Source: an uncultured Gemmatimonadales bacterium (GTDB taxonomy: Bacteria > Gemmatimonadota > Gemmatimonadetes > Gemmatimonadales > GWC2-71-9). From it: 64,000 nucleotides of DNA. The notes below the pieces were generated by a model. It made no database searches and had not been told where the DNA came from. It worked only from the letters and a program-made list of their open reading frames with translations. The stretch covers positions 49,907-113,906 of the forward strand of contig CAVVKJ010000019.1 in NCBI GenBank assembly GCA_963748815.1, read 5' to 3'. Each line of letters opens with the position of its first letter. Position 1 is the first letter of the stretch. Of this stretch, positions 63,892-64,000 are shown piece by piece. A program made the position numbers and the translations under genes.

Positions 63892-63921
63892 AGGGGCAAC
63901 CGACCAGCGGTTGCCCCTTTC
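63892..63921 (+). terminator. Intrinsic terminator after dnaN
   Basis: AGGGGCAACCG-accag-CGGTTGCCCCT-TT. Confidence 0.75.
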
Positions 63922-64000
63922 GGCTTTCTCGGATTATTTCGACATTCGGCCCCGCTTCCCCGCTTCCCCGCTTCCCCGCTTCCCCGCTTACAAGCTGTCC

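Overview
High-GC bacterial chromosome window. Gene content and style suggest Gemmatimonadota (inference). The right third is core chromosome ending at the replication origin: M16 peptidases, holA, mutS, ddl, mnmE-yidC-yidD-rnpA-rpmH, dnaA, oriC and dnaN. The region from about 5 to 39 kb is an accessory stress/defence hotspot. It holds an RHH-nucleotidyltransferase-Macro operon, GxxExxY, MerR-vWA, DUF429, an HP0729-like/HEPN gene, and a lower-GC island with an hsdM stub, a Dna2-like nuclease-helicase, DUF6946, type III R-M, GmrSD and GHKL-DUF3883. It ends in a translationally coupled addB-addA-pafB-pafC-like operon. The best candidate for an undescribed system is a PafBC-like regulon outside Actinobacteria. 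A promoter motif TGTCA(C/G)-N10-nAnnnT, with the geometry of the mycobacterial PafBC promoter, occurs about 10 times. The copies lie upstream of the pafBC operon itself and of neighbouring defence and unknown genes, and I found none upstream of the core genes. Other notable items: a UGA-readthrough (UxxC) selenoprotein candidate; inverted CGCGAAG-repeat cassettes around GxxExxY and other cargo; spacers with 10-bp-phased A/T tracts; repeats inserted in frame in mnmE; and a duplicated composite repeat, one copy beside dnaA. Many genes carry single-base frameshifts, most likely long-read consensus errors. All calls come from reading motifs by eye; no database search was run.
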